Below are positions 12,301 to 24,600 of a DNA stretch of 64,000 nucleotides, piece by piece. The notes under the pieces were generated by a model. It did not search any database. It saw only the letters and a program-made list of their open reading frames with translations, and was not told where the DNA came from. Source of the stretch: Phoronis australis. Lineage: Eukaryota > Animalia > Phoronida. Both the position numbers and the translations under genes were made by a program. The stretch covers positions 1,237,277 through 1,301,276 of the forward strand of contig NMRA01000015.1 in assembly GCA_002633005.1 (NCBI GenBank), in the 5' to 3' direction. Numbering within the stretch: position 1 is the stretch's first letter; every line of letters begins with the position of its first letter.

Positions 12301-14119
12301 AACAGCAACTTTAAGTGATATTGGTCCACAACTTGGCCAACGACCAGTCAACATACCATGTGACCACATTGAAGGCACAACCACAGAGACAACTCCTCTT
12401 CACCATCACCTGAGTATTCATCATCCTGAGGGTCACAGCCATTGGAAGGCCCTGAGCATTTCTGCAATTCAAGTCACTAAAGGTTTGCGATTGTTCATAC
12501 TTTGATCTGCACATTGTGTCTCTTACAGAACACGAGTTCTATCCGTTTTTTGTTTTCCAGGATATAGATTTCCATAACACTCAAACTGGTAAATAGATTC
12601 ACAAAATAAAAACTTTACATTAATAAAACTTGCAAAATGAGAATGTTTTGTAGTCGAGAAGACTTGCAAAATAAAAACTTTTTATTCAATTTTTTAAATT
12701 TTCCATGGGTGTTACACAAGATGTACTCCTTAATCATTTTCCATGAATTTTCCATGCATGAAAATGTACTATTCATATCCAGGCCATCTAGATTTGTCAT
12801 GGCGAGAGTGTTTATCTCTGGCTAACTAATAGCCTTGCACTGATATAAGATTTATTCCTATATTACTTTCTATAGTTACACCAGATGTCCCTAAGGTTTG
12901 CTTGTTGCTTCTTGTTCATGTGAGTTCCTACATGATAAACTAATTGTTATCATTTAGTAAACAATTTGTGAACGTATACGTCAGGCCTAAACACTAGAAT
13001 ACCAAAATGTGTTGTATTTTTTCTTGTTAGTTTCACTTTCATTTTTGTCTGAAAATGACACAATTCAGTCACACAAAATGACACATGGGCTGCATTTCAT
13101 AATAGCAAGACACTCTCACCAAGCTTTGCAGGATCTTGTTTTTTTTTTGAAAGAAACTCGCTCTACAGAATACAACCCTGGTAAACAGTCTCCCCCCTAT
13201 AAGTACATTGGTACCACTCCAGCTAATTGCTGATGCCATGAGACATGGCTGTGCTAATATTTTGATGTTCTCACTGAGTTTCACAATAGTACATGAACCG
13301 CCAACTCTGCATGTTCTCAATGCACAAATCTGTGATTGAGTGCAAAAGCAGCGATCAACACTATTGACAACCAAGAGAGTGGCGCCTCCTCAGGGAATTA
13401 CATAAGAAAACATTAGAGTGTCAATCTGTTGTCTATGATCTTTGATTCCACTGAGAAAGTCATTCATGACAAAAGAGTATCATGTTGCTAAATATTTCAA
13501 ATGCCATTCATCTCCCGTATTGTAAATAATATCTATTTTTGTGATTTTAAATTGTTCTTTACAGAGTAATGCTTGAAAAAAGTGAAAAAACGTTAGTCTA
13601 CACAGTTCAAATTTAATGCTTCCACAGATTCACTGTCATTTTTATACCTCACTTACCTCACATTTTGCTGCAACTGGTCCACGGTACCGTTTCTTTATAG
13701 AAGAGTAGTTAGTAGACTTTTGAATATGGCTGCAAGTTTCTAAGAAAAAAACACGCAGCCATTAATCCTGCTTTTCAAATGTCCTTATTATGTCAAGTAC
13801 ATTGTGAAGCATTTGAATGCTTCACCATTTTCAAAGTTGAATGGCTACGATTATAATCTATTCTATGATAGAAATCAAATGAATTGAATTATGTATAAGA
13901 CAAACAAAATGGTTCAGTGCCACCAGAAAAATGAGACCAAACAATGGCACCTCAATAGAAACCTATTAGCACATCAAGATAATTCTAGAAAAAAAACAGG
14001 CATGAACAGACAAAACTTGAACATCTGAAATTAAAGAGACCACTTTACATACTGGCTTCCTCTTTATCTACATCTTCAACGGTAACTTTCTTCTTCTGTT
14101 TCCCTTTCTTTTTCACCAT
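1..14119 (-). CDS. USP16/USP45: Ubiquitin carboxyl-terminal hydrolase USP16/USP45 family (ZnF-UBP + peptidase C19), multi-exon, 3' part beyond the window edge
   Basis: 14 exons assembled by hand with GT-AG sites and matching phases: 14053-14119, 13657-13739, 12357-12461, 8683-8959, 8143-8321, 6907-7029, 6273-6406, 5401-5488, 3163-3253, 2255-2343, 1850-1906, 1198-1326, 537-618, <1-326. Motifs: ZnF-UBP (LWLCLQCGHMGCGR..HALAHY..WCYECD), Cys box GLRNLGNTCFFNAVMQ, QQQDSHELL, FVDSIFGG, EPFLDLSLP. Confidence 0.95.
537..618 (-). CDS. USP16/USP45: USP16/45 exon (KQQNKQNRRKNRAQ...FSQE)
   Basis: ttgcag acceptor, gtaaat donor, phase 0-1. Confidence 0.8.
771..1025. repeat. About 85-87 bp tandem repeat x3, related to Helentron-associated internal units
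   Basis: tcaccaccagggggca..gcagtagtc.gaacagtccaaagattg at 771, 856, 943. Confidence 0.85.
1198..1326 (-). CDS. USP16/USP45: USP16/45 exon (VVKHKAGG...SKNQLKKQKKKTKKEK)
   Basis: Basic insert like USP16/45; cttcag acceptor, gttggt donor, 129 nt. Confidence 0.85.
1850..1906 (-). CDS. USP16/USP45: USP16/45 exon (PSQIFEPFLDLSLPIVEEQ)
   Basis: EPFLDLSLP motif; tttcag acceptor, gtaagt donor. Confidence 0.95.
2255..2343 (-). CDS. USP16/USP45: USP16/45 exon (YGRQAKHTFVDSIFGGYLISTVLCDECQT)
   Basis: FVDxIFGG and CxxC motifs; ctgcag acceptor, gtgagt donor. Confidence 0.95.
2888..3000. repeat. About 20-bp degenerate minisatellite x5
   Basis: (t/a)caaggtcgttcatnttatg units. Confidence 0.7.
3107..3180. 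repeat. 37-bp tandem duplication spanning a USP16/45 splice donor
   Basis: 3107-3143 and 3144-3180 differ by one base. Confidence 0.95.
3163..3253 (-). CDS. USP16/USP45: USP16/45 exon (RVKDAIMTHF...KKLKIR)
   Basis: cttgtag acceptor, gtacgt donor, phase 0-1. Confidence 0.88.
3373..4935 (-). mobile_element. Helentron-associated non-autonomous element (HINE/DINE-1-like), full length
   Basis: 5' TTTTTATGTGCCCACATATTTATATGTGGACGCAT (subTIR + IR), GTCC-type microsatellite, 3' subTIR GTGGGCGCAT + hairpin CAACGC-cct-GCGTTG + CTCTTGTT, T-run insertion without TSD, 410-450 bp internal repeats. Confidence 0.8.
5401..5488 (-). CDS. USP16/USP45: USP16/45 exon (APRFKGFQQQDSHELLRQLMDGIKMEEVK)
   Basis: QQDSHE box; tttcag acceptor, gtactg donor. 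Confidence 0.96.
6273..6406 (-). CDS. USP16/USP45: USP16/45 exon (LPLIDLPL...INPSQLFAQVCK)
   Basis: ttccag acceptor, gtgagt donor, PxxLFxxVCK motif. Confidence 0.9.
6907..7029 (-). CDS. USP16/USP45: USP16/45 exon (VLSHTSGLEKLL...GRVE)
   Basis: tacag acceptor, gtatgt donor, 123 nt phase 0-0, follows the Cys box in frame. Confidence 0.85.
7990..8097. mobile_element. Short MITE-like inverted-repeat element; related copies near 7730-7840 and 44870-44975
   Basis: agtcacttacagggg...cccttgtaagtgact with inner gagaaccagttt/aaactggttct. Confidence 0.6.
8143..8321 (-). CDS. USP16/USP45: USP16/45 Cys-box exon (GLRNLGNTCFFNAVMQ)
   Basis: Catalytic Cys box; ttttag acceptor, gtaagt donor. Confidence 0.97.
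8683..8959 (-). CDS. USP16/USP45: USP16/45 ZnF-UBP exon (GCGRQTKHQHALAHY...WCYECDDEV)
   Basis: Within ORF 8657..8980; tttcag acceptor, gtgagt donor. Confidence 0.95.
9106..9230. mobile_element. MITE-like foldback
   Basis: gttcagtaaacgctaggacctagctaaaa vs ttttagcgaggtcctagcgttactgaac (one indel, one mismatch). Confidence 0.6.
9663..11884. mobile_element. 2.2-kb non-autonomous DNA transposon with 5-bp TSD
   Basis: TIR CAGGGCTCGACA/TGTCGAGCCCTG, TSD CTTAG (9658-9662 and 11885-11889), subterminal ggtcgca(t/a) repeats, nested MITE at about 11101-11245. Confidence 0.85.
12357..12461 (-). CDS. USP16/USP45: USP16/45 exon (KCSG...LWLCLQCGHM)
   Basis: ttgcag acceptor, gtatgt donor, WLCLxCG ZnF-UBP motif. 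Confidence 0.92.
13657..13739 (-). CDS. USP16/USP45: USP16/45 exon (KTCSHIQKST...AAKCE)
   Basis: tttcttag acceptor, gtaagt donor, first ZnF-UBP ligands CxH. Confidence 0.9.
14053..14119 (-). CDS. USP16/USP45: USP16/45 coding exon 1 (MVKKKGKQKKKVTVEDVDKEEA)
   Basis: ATG at 14119, basic N-terminus as in USP16, donor gtatgt, phase 1; acceptor ttcag near 14166. Confidence 0.85.
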
Positions 14120-15355
14120 ACTCGAATCCAACGGCACTGTTTCAAGTACTCTCATTTATCTGTTTCTGAAGGACAAATTACAAAAGACTGAAACAAAGAT
14201 TATTCTGAACCTATCTGAGTTTTCTTTAAACAAGGCCAGACAAATAAACCGACAATGGAAATATACATATAGAAAACATTTCCGGAATTATAGAACAGGT
14301 GTATGTTTGGGGAAAACATGAATGGTTGGACCTTCAGCTTCCTTAAGTTTGATCATCAAAACTTTCCATTTCAAATTCCCCTAACAATATTTTACTAAAT
14401 GATACATGTTTTGTTCATGAATGTAAATTACTGTAGCAGATCACATGGCCAAAATAAGTCAAACTCATTGTATCCAACGTTCTTCACCTATACACGGATA
14501 GCCAATCTGACCACTATGGAATGAATCTTCATATTTAAAGTGATCCCGGACCTTTTCTAGCATTGAGACTCAGAGAAATCATGCAAGACCATTACTGGCT
14601 CCCTTCACTGATGAATTCATGGGATCACAGGTATGAAAGGTGCGACCCTAGTGGGTAGGTTTCAAGAATTATGAACCTGTGGATGATCACCAGTGTAGTG
14701 AGTTCATGGAGATTATCCTCAATGTGATTAAAAAATTACAAACATGCTATAGACATGCGCAGTGAGGCAATCAAAAGCAGAAATGATTTCAGTTCACGAT
14801 TTTGTTGACGATACGAAGGACTATTCAGAACAAACATTGATTGGGAGTATTTGTTCGAGTTGGAAGTATTCAAAAACCCCAACTACCTCCAAAGGTGTCC
14901 ACCTTCGCTCGAAAGGTACACAGTAATGTGACTTTGAACTGATACTTAAGCCAGAATTTAAGTGTAATTTACAATAAAATCTACGGGGTACAGGTTGAAT
15001 TGCAATGTTCAGTCGGCTATACTTTTATGTAACTTTCAGTGCAAGAGAACAAAGAATCATAGTGGACAGAATGAGTTAAGCTAGAATTCCACAACAATTT
15101 TTACCCACAACAATTCCTAGCTGTATTTTGAAGCTCAACCATATTGGCAGGCTGGCTAAGACTGAACGGAGACGGTAAGTGAATAGGTGAGTGCTCAGCG
15201 AGAGTGCGTCACGGGTTTTCACCAAGCACCTTTTTTTCTTCTTCTTCTTCTTCTGAATACTGAATACAAGAGGTAAAATTCATCCTAAGTTACTATAACT
15301 TCAATTCAAAACCTTCAGTATCGTAATAATATTGAAAATAATTAATAAAACGTAC

Positions 15356-15520
15356 CTTTCGATGAAATTTTAAGGGTAAAATTCCAGGAAAATTCCCACA
15401 CACGGAAGTGGCAAGCTGGCGTGTATCTATGAGAAATTGCGAGATGTAATCTTCAGCTGTATTCTGGTACCCGCGGTAGATAAACAATCATCGCCCCTAC
15501 TTCTACCGCGGGTACCAGTG
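15356..15520 (-). promoter_or_regulatory. Probable non-coding first exon and promoter of USP16/45
   Basis: Donor AG|gtacgt at 15350-15355, ETS/GABP-like CGGAAGTG at 15403-15410, CpG-richer patch, 17-bp inverted repeat 15464-15518. Confidence 0.5.
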
Positions 15521-18161
15521 AACGCTTACGTGTTAAGTCCATGGTTGAGTCAGTCAAAAAGCATTGAATTTAAACTAAAATCATTTACAAAATATTATTT
15601 GATTGCTTATGAATGTTGATACGTCCCTGACGTCACATATTTTTTATTGCATTTGTCGATTTAAATAAAGGAAAATTCCGTCAGTACATCCACAAATTAA
15701 GTTTAGTGGAAATATTCAGATCCCGACTTGTAGACTTTTCTCAGTTAGAATTCTTCTCTCGTGCACCATATTCCCTTCTCACGGACACAGTCCATATTGG
15801 GCCCGGGACTTTCCAGTCTCAAGGACATATTTCTGCCTGTGCTTGCGTATGGACCAACCCCGCCGCCCCTGCCGCGCGATGCCAGGCCCCTCTCATAAGG
15901 CACGGCGGAAAGTCGTTCATCTCTTGGAGTATTTTCGTTATCGTTTCATTTTTTTAATTCTTTGAATATCGTAAAACTCAATAAAATAACCTTTCCCTCG
16001 TTATTTAGTTACTAGGCATGATGTCTGGTTTTTCAAATATCATCGCTGATTCATGAATTTATTGTTTACGAGATCACGTCACTGAGATAAGAGGACAACC
16101 GCAACGTTTTTGAGTGCAAAAGTGAGTTTCAATATTTAAACATGTGATTTGTCATTGTTTCCATTTTTATAGTTTAAAAGTATTATTTGTCAGTGAAATG
16201 ACTACGTTTTCCATGGAAAAATGACAGGAATGTGTATCGTGACAAGTATAGAGATTTTTCACAGTTAATTCGTACGTACAGATTTTATGTCAAGTCAAGC
16301 GAATTGGCCCAACAGAACTGAAGGGATGGCGGGCGAATGAATTAGTAGTTATTGTGCGCGGAAGCAGCGTTGGTCCGTCCCCAGCTGAAGAAATCGGAGG
16401 TCCGCGAAGCGCGATCAAGGAGAGGAATAGACTGTGTGAGAGATCTATTTTGTGCGTGGGCAGACCCGAGCAGCGCGCGGGCAGGGATAAGGCGGGTTCC
16501 ACTTTTCAATGTTTGACCACCGATATTACGTTTGGTCTCGACCAAGCGCCAGGACAGCTAGAACGTTTACACACTCAAACATTAGACATCCCAACATACT
16601 TTCTCTAACTGACCAGCGCTGGGTGTTCCTAAACATTTTCTTCAGCACTATATTACAAGAGAATACACGAAACAGAAAAATAGTAGGCCCCACCAGTGCT
16701 GGTGCACAACTCTGCATAGTTGGTCGATGGTTAGGTTAACTGAAATGTCGCTCAAATTGTTTCAAGATCATGATTAATGGCGGTTGTTAAGCAAAAGTTA
16801 CTTCAGATTTGATTTGGGGGAACAAAGCACTACGTGATACCTACCTATTTACATAGTGAAGTCGAAAAAAAGAACTCGTTTGCAGGGAACGTCCATGAAA
16901 AGTTACCATTTCGTCGGTTTTTATTTTTTTTGTTTCATGCACTCCGGCATTCTTTTGTGGGCAGGGGGATAATTCCAAACACTTAGCCATTTTTTGAGGG
17001 ATTCTTATATAGCTGGATTTTTAACTCATTAAATCTGTGTCTGTGAAAAAGGTATGCATAATTAAGAACATCTTTTGCGAGGAAGTTTTATGAATCTAAT
17101 CTTTTATGTAGTAAAAGTTGTATAGACTCGAACTTTCCGGAAAATGAACCTTTTCGTTAGGAAAAACAGGAAAAGGCCCCATTTCGTGAGTAATTTTATC
17201 AGTAAAGGCACCCTTTAGTATGGAAACTGGGCGTGAAAAGTCACCCTGGCTAATTCTGAGCGACACGTCCTATATACCTCCTCTATGAGATAACCTCCGG
17301 GATTGGTTAGGATGTGCTAAAAACTCGGGTGGATATTTTGTCCCCTTGGGTATTTTTCGGGTCGGTATTTTGGCATGTGTCCAATGGGGTTTATAACTGT
17401 CCATGAAACTAGGACTATTCCCATGTTGTTGAAAAAGGTAATTCTTCACAAGCCATCGTCAGGTTTCTTAGGTCGGCTGCTCGCTCCAGTTTTGTACCAT
17501 GAGCAGATAAGTCGTTTGATTTCCACTGGTTAAGATGGAACCTTAGTCCGATGGTTGATATGGTAATGAATTTAGAAATGCTGAAAACACGTTTATCTGA
17601 TGCTGCTTATACTTAAACAAAAATACAGGAATGAAAAATAAAATTTCCCTTGTAGGCTATATGCTCTGAAGAGATTTTACCGTATTTTCATTAATATCCA
17701 TGTGTGCAGTCTTGATCTCAGTTTTTAAACACCTGTTCCAATACTAACAAAATAACAATTAGAATCATAAATTTCAATAGGCAATACTGCCAACACTACA
17801 GAGCTCAATACAAACTGAATTACAGAGCACTTGTCCTATACACGAGATAAGCGTACACAGGTGATGACTAAATCATCTCTTGAAATTCAATGACAACAAA
17901 AAGTATAAGGTGTCATGTACATTAACGTCACCAAAAAAGAAATACACCATCGTAAGTGTCAGGTAAGAAATCCAAAGTGTGCTATGCAAAAACCTCATGG
18001 TACGCTCAAGTATTGTTAAAAGCTTTTGTTGAAGAGTGTTTGAAATTTTAGAACACCAAATAAGTTAAGTAGACTGGTAAAGCACACATAAGGCAGAGCA
18101 GACTACACTAAGGCTTATAATAGATCACTTTTGCGTTGGCAGCACTTAACCTAGATTCGCC

Positions 18162-18171
18162 AGCCAATCAG
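18162..18171 (+). promoter_or_regulatory. CCAAT box (AGCCAATCAG) about 200 bp upstream of the Myb/SANT ATG
   Basis: Matches NF-Y consensus; position only. Confidence 0.35.
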
Positions 18172-18371
18172 GGGACTGCCTTTACAAGTTACACTCAAAC
18201 AAGGTCAGAAGTTCATAGTAAAGTGCACAAGTGTAACAGCGATATCCGAAGCAGAGACAAGTGAAGGCATACGCTTAGAACTGAAGCAAAAAGCAAACTG
18301 TGTTCTTGCGTGAGGTATTTTGGTCAAGAATTTTCAGTGACGAGCTATCGGGTGCAAAAACAGAATACAAA

Positions 18372-18663
18372 ATGTGGGGAAGTGGCAGGGCTCGGACTTC
18401 CAATTGGTCAGACAATGAAGTGAATGCATTAGTGGACACTTATTACGAACTTCGAGACGTGATGCGAAGTGTGAAACATGGTGGTGATCCTACAGTGTCC
18501 CTTCAAAAGAAAGAGGCTGCGTGGCAACAGATTTGTTCAGCCGTGTACGAGAGTGGCGATGGACATGTGGTGAGAAACACTCACCAAGTGAAGAAGAAAT
18601 GGGAAAACATTGTGTTTAGACACAAAACTATAATCATCAATTACAAGAGAAAATTTAAAAACG
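18372..18663 (+). CDS. Myb/SANT-like domain exon
   Basis: RTSNWSDNEVNALV...KKEAAWQQICSAV...RNTHQVKKKWENI (three conserved Trp, RxxxQvKKKW); donor G|gtaagt. Confidence 0.9.
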
Positions 18664-21600
18664 GTAAGTAGGGTTATCGGACCTTATAGTATAACATTTC
18701 AACACTAGAGGGTTCTAGTGTAGTGTTGCTGTTGTAGGGATTACCAACTGAACTCGATCGGAAGCGTACAAAGTAATTTTTCATGCAGTCAATTTGCACA
18801 AGGTAATTCATTACCTAGCTGTGTGCGCGGGTAACGGTTACTATGACTGATGTGATCTAACGTGCTCGTAACTCAGTACAGCACGTACACTTCGTCTACC
18901 TTGAGCAGAAATTGGAAGAAGTGCTGCATAGCTCAGTGGGTCCATGGTATGTAGCCTACGCTGATACTTTTGTCTGCCATCTGTTGTAACCACCCTGTTA
19001 CCTGACCCTGATCTAAAACGATGACGTAGTAACAGTTCTTAGCAAGCCGAGAAATCACTTTTAATTGAACAACAATTGAAGAATAAGTTGCGACCAATTT
19101 TGTCAAGGTAAATGTAGGCCTAAGTGGTCTGGATCATTTTTTACGGAAGGTGGCGTTATAGCAGCATTCTTCGTAAGTTTAGTTAAAATCGGAGATCGTA
19201 GTAACGTCTTTGTTAAAATTATGCTTGTCCAACACACTTAACTGTTTTCCATAGGCATAGTCACAGTGCCACACAGAACCTATCGTCGGCACCGATCGAA
19301 ATCTATGTTACACAATGACTTTTTGCTAAAACAGCTTTGAATCTGCACAATTAGGCCTATCTGTTCATGATTTCCATCACTAATAGTCTTATCAGTTAGG
19401 TACCCCTTAGTGAGAACGTACCGGAGAGTTCAGACCTGGGGGAAATGCATAGAAAAATGTTATTCGGGGTGTACTCGACTATTTTTGTCAAGGGTTGCAG
19501 GTCGGAAATTAGGACACCCAACATGCGCGCACCCAGCCTTTAATATGGGGGGCTCGAATCTCTGACAAAGTGGACATTTGCTAACAAAAAAGCAGGAGGA
19601 CTAAAAAAAACCCGGCACCACCTTCAGGTCTGTGAACTGTGCGCCTACGCCTCCTTTTAATTTTGTCTCGTTTTCTCGGACTTTTTGTTTCTCTGAGGCG
19701 GACCTTTTTACCCATTTCGTAAAATGCCCCCCCCCTTGGGTGCGCGCATGCCTAACCCACTCATTTAGAAGGCAATGGACTCGAAAAGGGTACCCCTTTG
19801 TCGGGGTCTTCCATGAAAATGTCATAGTTTTGATTACGAAGCACCAGAAACATGTCCTTTTTAGGAATTCTCGGACTGTTGTTTTTTTTAAACAGATGTC
19901 ATGTTGTCATAAATGGCGGGAATGTCTTTTGCAACCAAAGTTTTGAAAGTGTAGACAACATGAAACATGCAAACACTTACGCATCAAAACGTGAAATCAA
20001 AACAGAATGGGATGTCCCATATAGAAAACCTCAAAGAGAATTCATTTGAGACAATTAAATCGGAGAGGCACTCTTTTGTAGAGAAACTGGTCATGGAAAG
20101 TCAATCTGAGCTGCACGTCCCTTAGTAAGTTCTATGGGAGTGCCTCTTAAAATATAGTACAACAGGGACCGCAACTACTAACATCAATAATAAATATACA
20201 TGGGTGCACCCAGGGGGGGCTCGGGGGACTCGAACGAACCCCCTAATTTGGCGAATTGGGCAAAAAGGTCCGCTTCAGTGAAACAAAAAGTCCGAGTAAA
20301 AGAGACAAAAGCTCACAAAACCCACGGGGAGTCGGCGCAGATGCACGGTTAGTGGGCCTAACCATAGTGGTCCCGTATTTTTTATATTTTAGTCCTCGTT
20401 GATTTCTTTCAGTAAAAGGTCTGCATGTCGAAAAATTCGAGCCACCCTATATTTTAGGCTGGGTGCGCGCATGATATATATTTGTACATGGCGAAGTCCC
20501 TATCTCACGTAATCTTGAGCCTGAGTGGATTTTGGATAATTCTCCAAAATCCACGAGGGTCGTGAACGATATACATTGCAATGAATCGTCTTCCTATCTT
20601 GACTTGCCTCGGCTTTGTAACTTCTTTCTACGGCACAGCACCGGGGTCGGAGGTCGTGACCTTTTAAGAAACGCCCAGTCATTCTTGTTAAACAATGTTT
20701 TTTACTCAAAACCAATCGAAAATTTAAACAAAATAGAAATAAAGTGAATCTATTCAATAAGTGTTAAGCAAATAGGCTAGGTTGCTACACATCTTATCAT
20801 GGCAAGCTTCCACCTTGAAAATATCTGCTAAAGTAAGTTTTTTTACCACTGGTTACTGATTATAATGTTCAAGTAGAAGATTCCCGACGTCAGTGTTACT
20901 CACACTTAAACTGGAGATCGCTGATTTAGAAGTGAGGGAAAATGACAGATAAATTTTATTGAATTAAAGATGTCGTTTTTTATTGAAATTGTACTCTTAT
21001 TTTTCACAGCGTATAAATGCCGTTATATTTCAGTTTGTTGCGCGTTCTCACAGTTTGCAATTTACCCGTAAGTGTGCTACAGTTTGATACCATTTGGAAG
21101 GAAGTTGTGACAGTTTGAGCACCTAACACGTACGCTATCGCTCGCCGGAAGATTGCTAACCTCGAAGTTGTTCCGCTTCGACATATGTAATAGCGCAGAA
21201 TCACAATCTGTTTTCGTGCTGCAGTTTCTTTGAGGTTTTGAAAAGGTTGTCAATGATGCTATTGGGGCGGAAATCGTTAAAGCCTCTTTTTGCGCTTAAT
21301 TTTATACAATTATCAACTTAGGACAATATGTTGTTTTTTGGGGCCAGAAATTGGGAAAATGACGGGAATATGAAAAACGGCAGAACGTGAACCTACCCCA
21401 GTCTATCAATAACTTTTTGCCTCCGCAAGTCTGGTGGGCTGTCGAGGTATGGTTCTTGAAGTATTTAATTTAAAAATAAACCATAAGCTTGTCCTCCCGT
21501 CTTCCGCTTTGAACTGTCAACTTAGTATGAAAACTAGGCTAATCCGCCGTGTTCCGGGGATAGGTTAATTCGTGGACTCTTCGGATGATGATCGAAAGGC

Positions 21601-24600
21601 CAACACATGAAGGGGTGTTGTAGCGGGATTAAAACGATATTCATTTCTGTTCTGAATGTCCTGATTAGTGATCAGTCACGTATACTGAATCATTTGGCAT
21701 CACTTTTCTTGTGGTAGTCCACCTCGAATGTTTAAGCTAATTCAAAGTCGGGAAGACCATTTTTGAGTTTCTTTCTAGCCTTTTTATGTCATTTTAAATC
21801 AATTTTGACCGGTACCTCGAATGTCTAATGTAATTTTCAACAGCATTCCGTGGTGGCATTTTGGAAATTTCTGCCGGGCCCAACCCAGAGTGTATTCTGT
21901 CTGTCATGAGCAATTTCGTGATTAGTGGGATGTAGTAAATCAAATGAAATTGTTCTTGTGGTACCTCGAATGTTCGGTCGGGCTCAGTTCAGGGTTTCTT
22001 GTGAGTGCTTACCATAGTGTGAGTTTTCTTTCTGGATATGTAGACTCGTATCAAAGCAATTTCTTCACGCTTGTAATTTCTACAAATCTATTCTAGTAAA
22101 GATGATGAATCCCACAATATTAACCAGAGTAGGGTTGTCAATGACAGTGATATTGTAAAATTAGAGGAAACAGAAATGTCTTGAGAGTCTGCTCATGGAT
22201 GCTGAAGCTGTATTTGTAGTCAAAACGATCACAACTGGTTGATCGTCTGGCTAGGTTGGACCTTAGCACTATTTATAACTTCTCTTGAAAAGATCTTTCA
22301 GCATTTTTGTCCGGTGTTTTAATTTTAGATTCTCTGTAAGCGACATGTCTAAAAGGAAAATCAGAACCTGGGAATATTTTCCCTTGTGTCCAAGGGCAAT
22401 AAGCCTAGAAAACATCTTACCAACTGGCGTCCCAGTTCACTTTTAAGTGCACGTGACAATTTTTCTGGTTATTTGCACCGGCGGTTGTTGAATCGTCAAT
22501 CCTTTTAATTAATTAAAATTATCAAAAAGTACATTGAAGGTACTAATAGTGAGTACAGTACCATCAATATCTATGATTTTATGCAGACTGCCGAAGAACT
22601 TAATATCTCGTGTTCTAGTAGACTTTGAAAAAGCATTCGACCCTGATCTCTTGGGAGTTTGTGCATGCAGTTTTTAACATTGTTGTGGAGAGCAGTTATA
22701 ATAATTAGAATCATTCTTATCATATGATGAGTGGTGGTAAGTTACCTGTTCAGAGTCTGGTGACCCTTTGGATCGCATAGCTTTCGGGTCCTACCCGACC
22801 CTTCTTCGATCAGTACTGACTGATGTAGGTCTAAAAAGTTTCCCGCCCTTCCCCGTCTGGTAGCCAGATGAGAACCTAGTGGCCGTCACGTGAAGCTAAG
22901 AAGTTGTAGATGACAGGCTGGTCATAACCCCAATCTCTGTTAAGAGAGTGCTTCCCCCACGGCGATAGGGGTTGTTGCCGAATCTTAAAGTCTATCTTCA
23001 ACGGTAACACCTGAAAATTTGGTTTCTACAGTATGCTAAGAGCATCCCTCTGAGCCCACTAGTGCTATAAATTGTCAAATGTAACGAACTGTTAGACGCA
23101 TTGGCTTGCTTTTGTCTACATCACCACGAGAATCACATTTTAATTCAAACAGCTGCGAATAACACCCGCACGCAATGGTGTTCTATTCAGAGCCCTATTC
23201 AATACAACCTTTTGTTGTTTGTGCTGAGATCTCGCGGTGACGCATCATGGCGCGAAAAGGCAGCTTTACTCATAATTTGACGTGCTTACATTTGCGTGAT
23301 TGAACTCGCGTTTTCTTATTTTACTAAGGCTTTGCTAGGACTATCTGGTTAGCCCAATAGATCTAAAGTAACAAAATTCCGTTGAAGTTAGTCTTTAAGA
23401 TTCATAAGGTAAATACACCATTCAGACATATTGTTTCAAACATCGCCGTAGTGTTAATTATAAAGCAGCGAAGTGCTTGGCCAGTATATTAGGACCCACT
23501 GGTCGGCAATAAACACCCTACCGTATTAAGAACAGTTCTGACTTTGTATCTAAAGATTTAGAGGTACCTCCAGGAGAAATCTTCATTTCTTTTGGTGTTA
23601 CCGCGCTTTTCACTCGCATCCCGGTGGACGATGCTATCATTGCCATTAATGAGAATAACTAGATCGTGACCAATCATGGGCTTCCTACTACCACCATGGA
23701 CAAGGAACTAGTCTTGGACCTACTCAGCCGCTCATACTTTGTGTACTAATAAAAGTTTTGCCGACAACAATATGGTGCTTACCTATCAATCCCATGGTAG
23801 CCAAAGTGCATGAAAACGTCACGGTTCGAGTGCAAGGTCATTGAAGAGGCCCTCACCTACCTCTTCTTTTGTACCGGTGCGTGGATGACACATTTGTACA
23901 TATGAAGGAATGTCTTGTTGAATTCTAAGCTGACATTGACAACATTGATCAGAACATCAAGGTTACCATTGAGCACCCTAATGATGGTCACCTACCTTTC
24001 TTGTACACTTGTATCAACATTAAGGATGATCGTAGCATCAAGATCACTATCTACAGAAACCTACATATACTGATCAATATTTGAATTTCGATTTAAATCA
24101 TCATCTACAGCCCAAACGACCTTTTGTTAGAACAGTGTTGCAGAGAGTTGAGGACGTAGTCACGGAAGCAGAACTTGAGACAAACACCAACAGCGAGCAC
24201 ACATCAAAGGAGTTCTTATAGGGACAATAAATACAAGGATTAGCGTTTCAAATCAGGTGATCACCCTAGGAATGGTGTTGAGAAGGATAAAGTTTGTGTA
24301 CCCCGGCTCCCATACGTGAGAGGACTCTCCACCAAGATATTCATGAGTCACATGGGGGGACCTACCGTAAACTGATTAATACCACCAGGAGCCTACTTAT
24401 CCACCCTAAGGAATCTTATTTCAAAACTGTGGTGTTTTCTATAAATTCAACTGGCCGGAATGCCCGGCCTCGTATATTGAGGAGATTTCACGTAATTTAG
24501 GCACCAGAGTGATGGAAATAGAGCGTAAAAATCTTGGTACTTTCAGAGTAGTGGGAGACCACTGCGTGTCAAGTCTTGACCTTATTACCCCTGGTAATGT

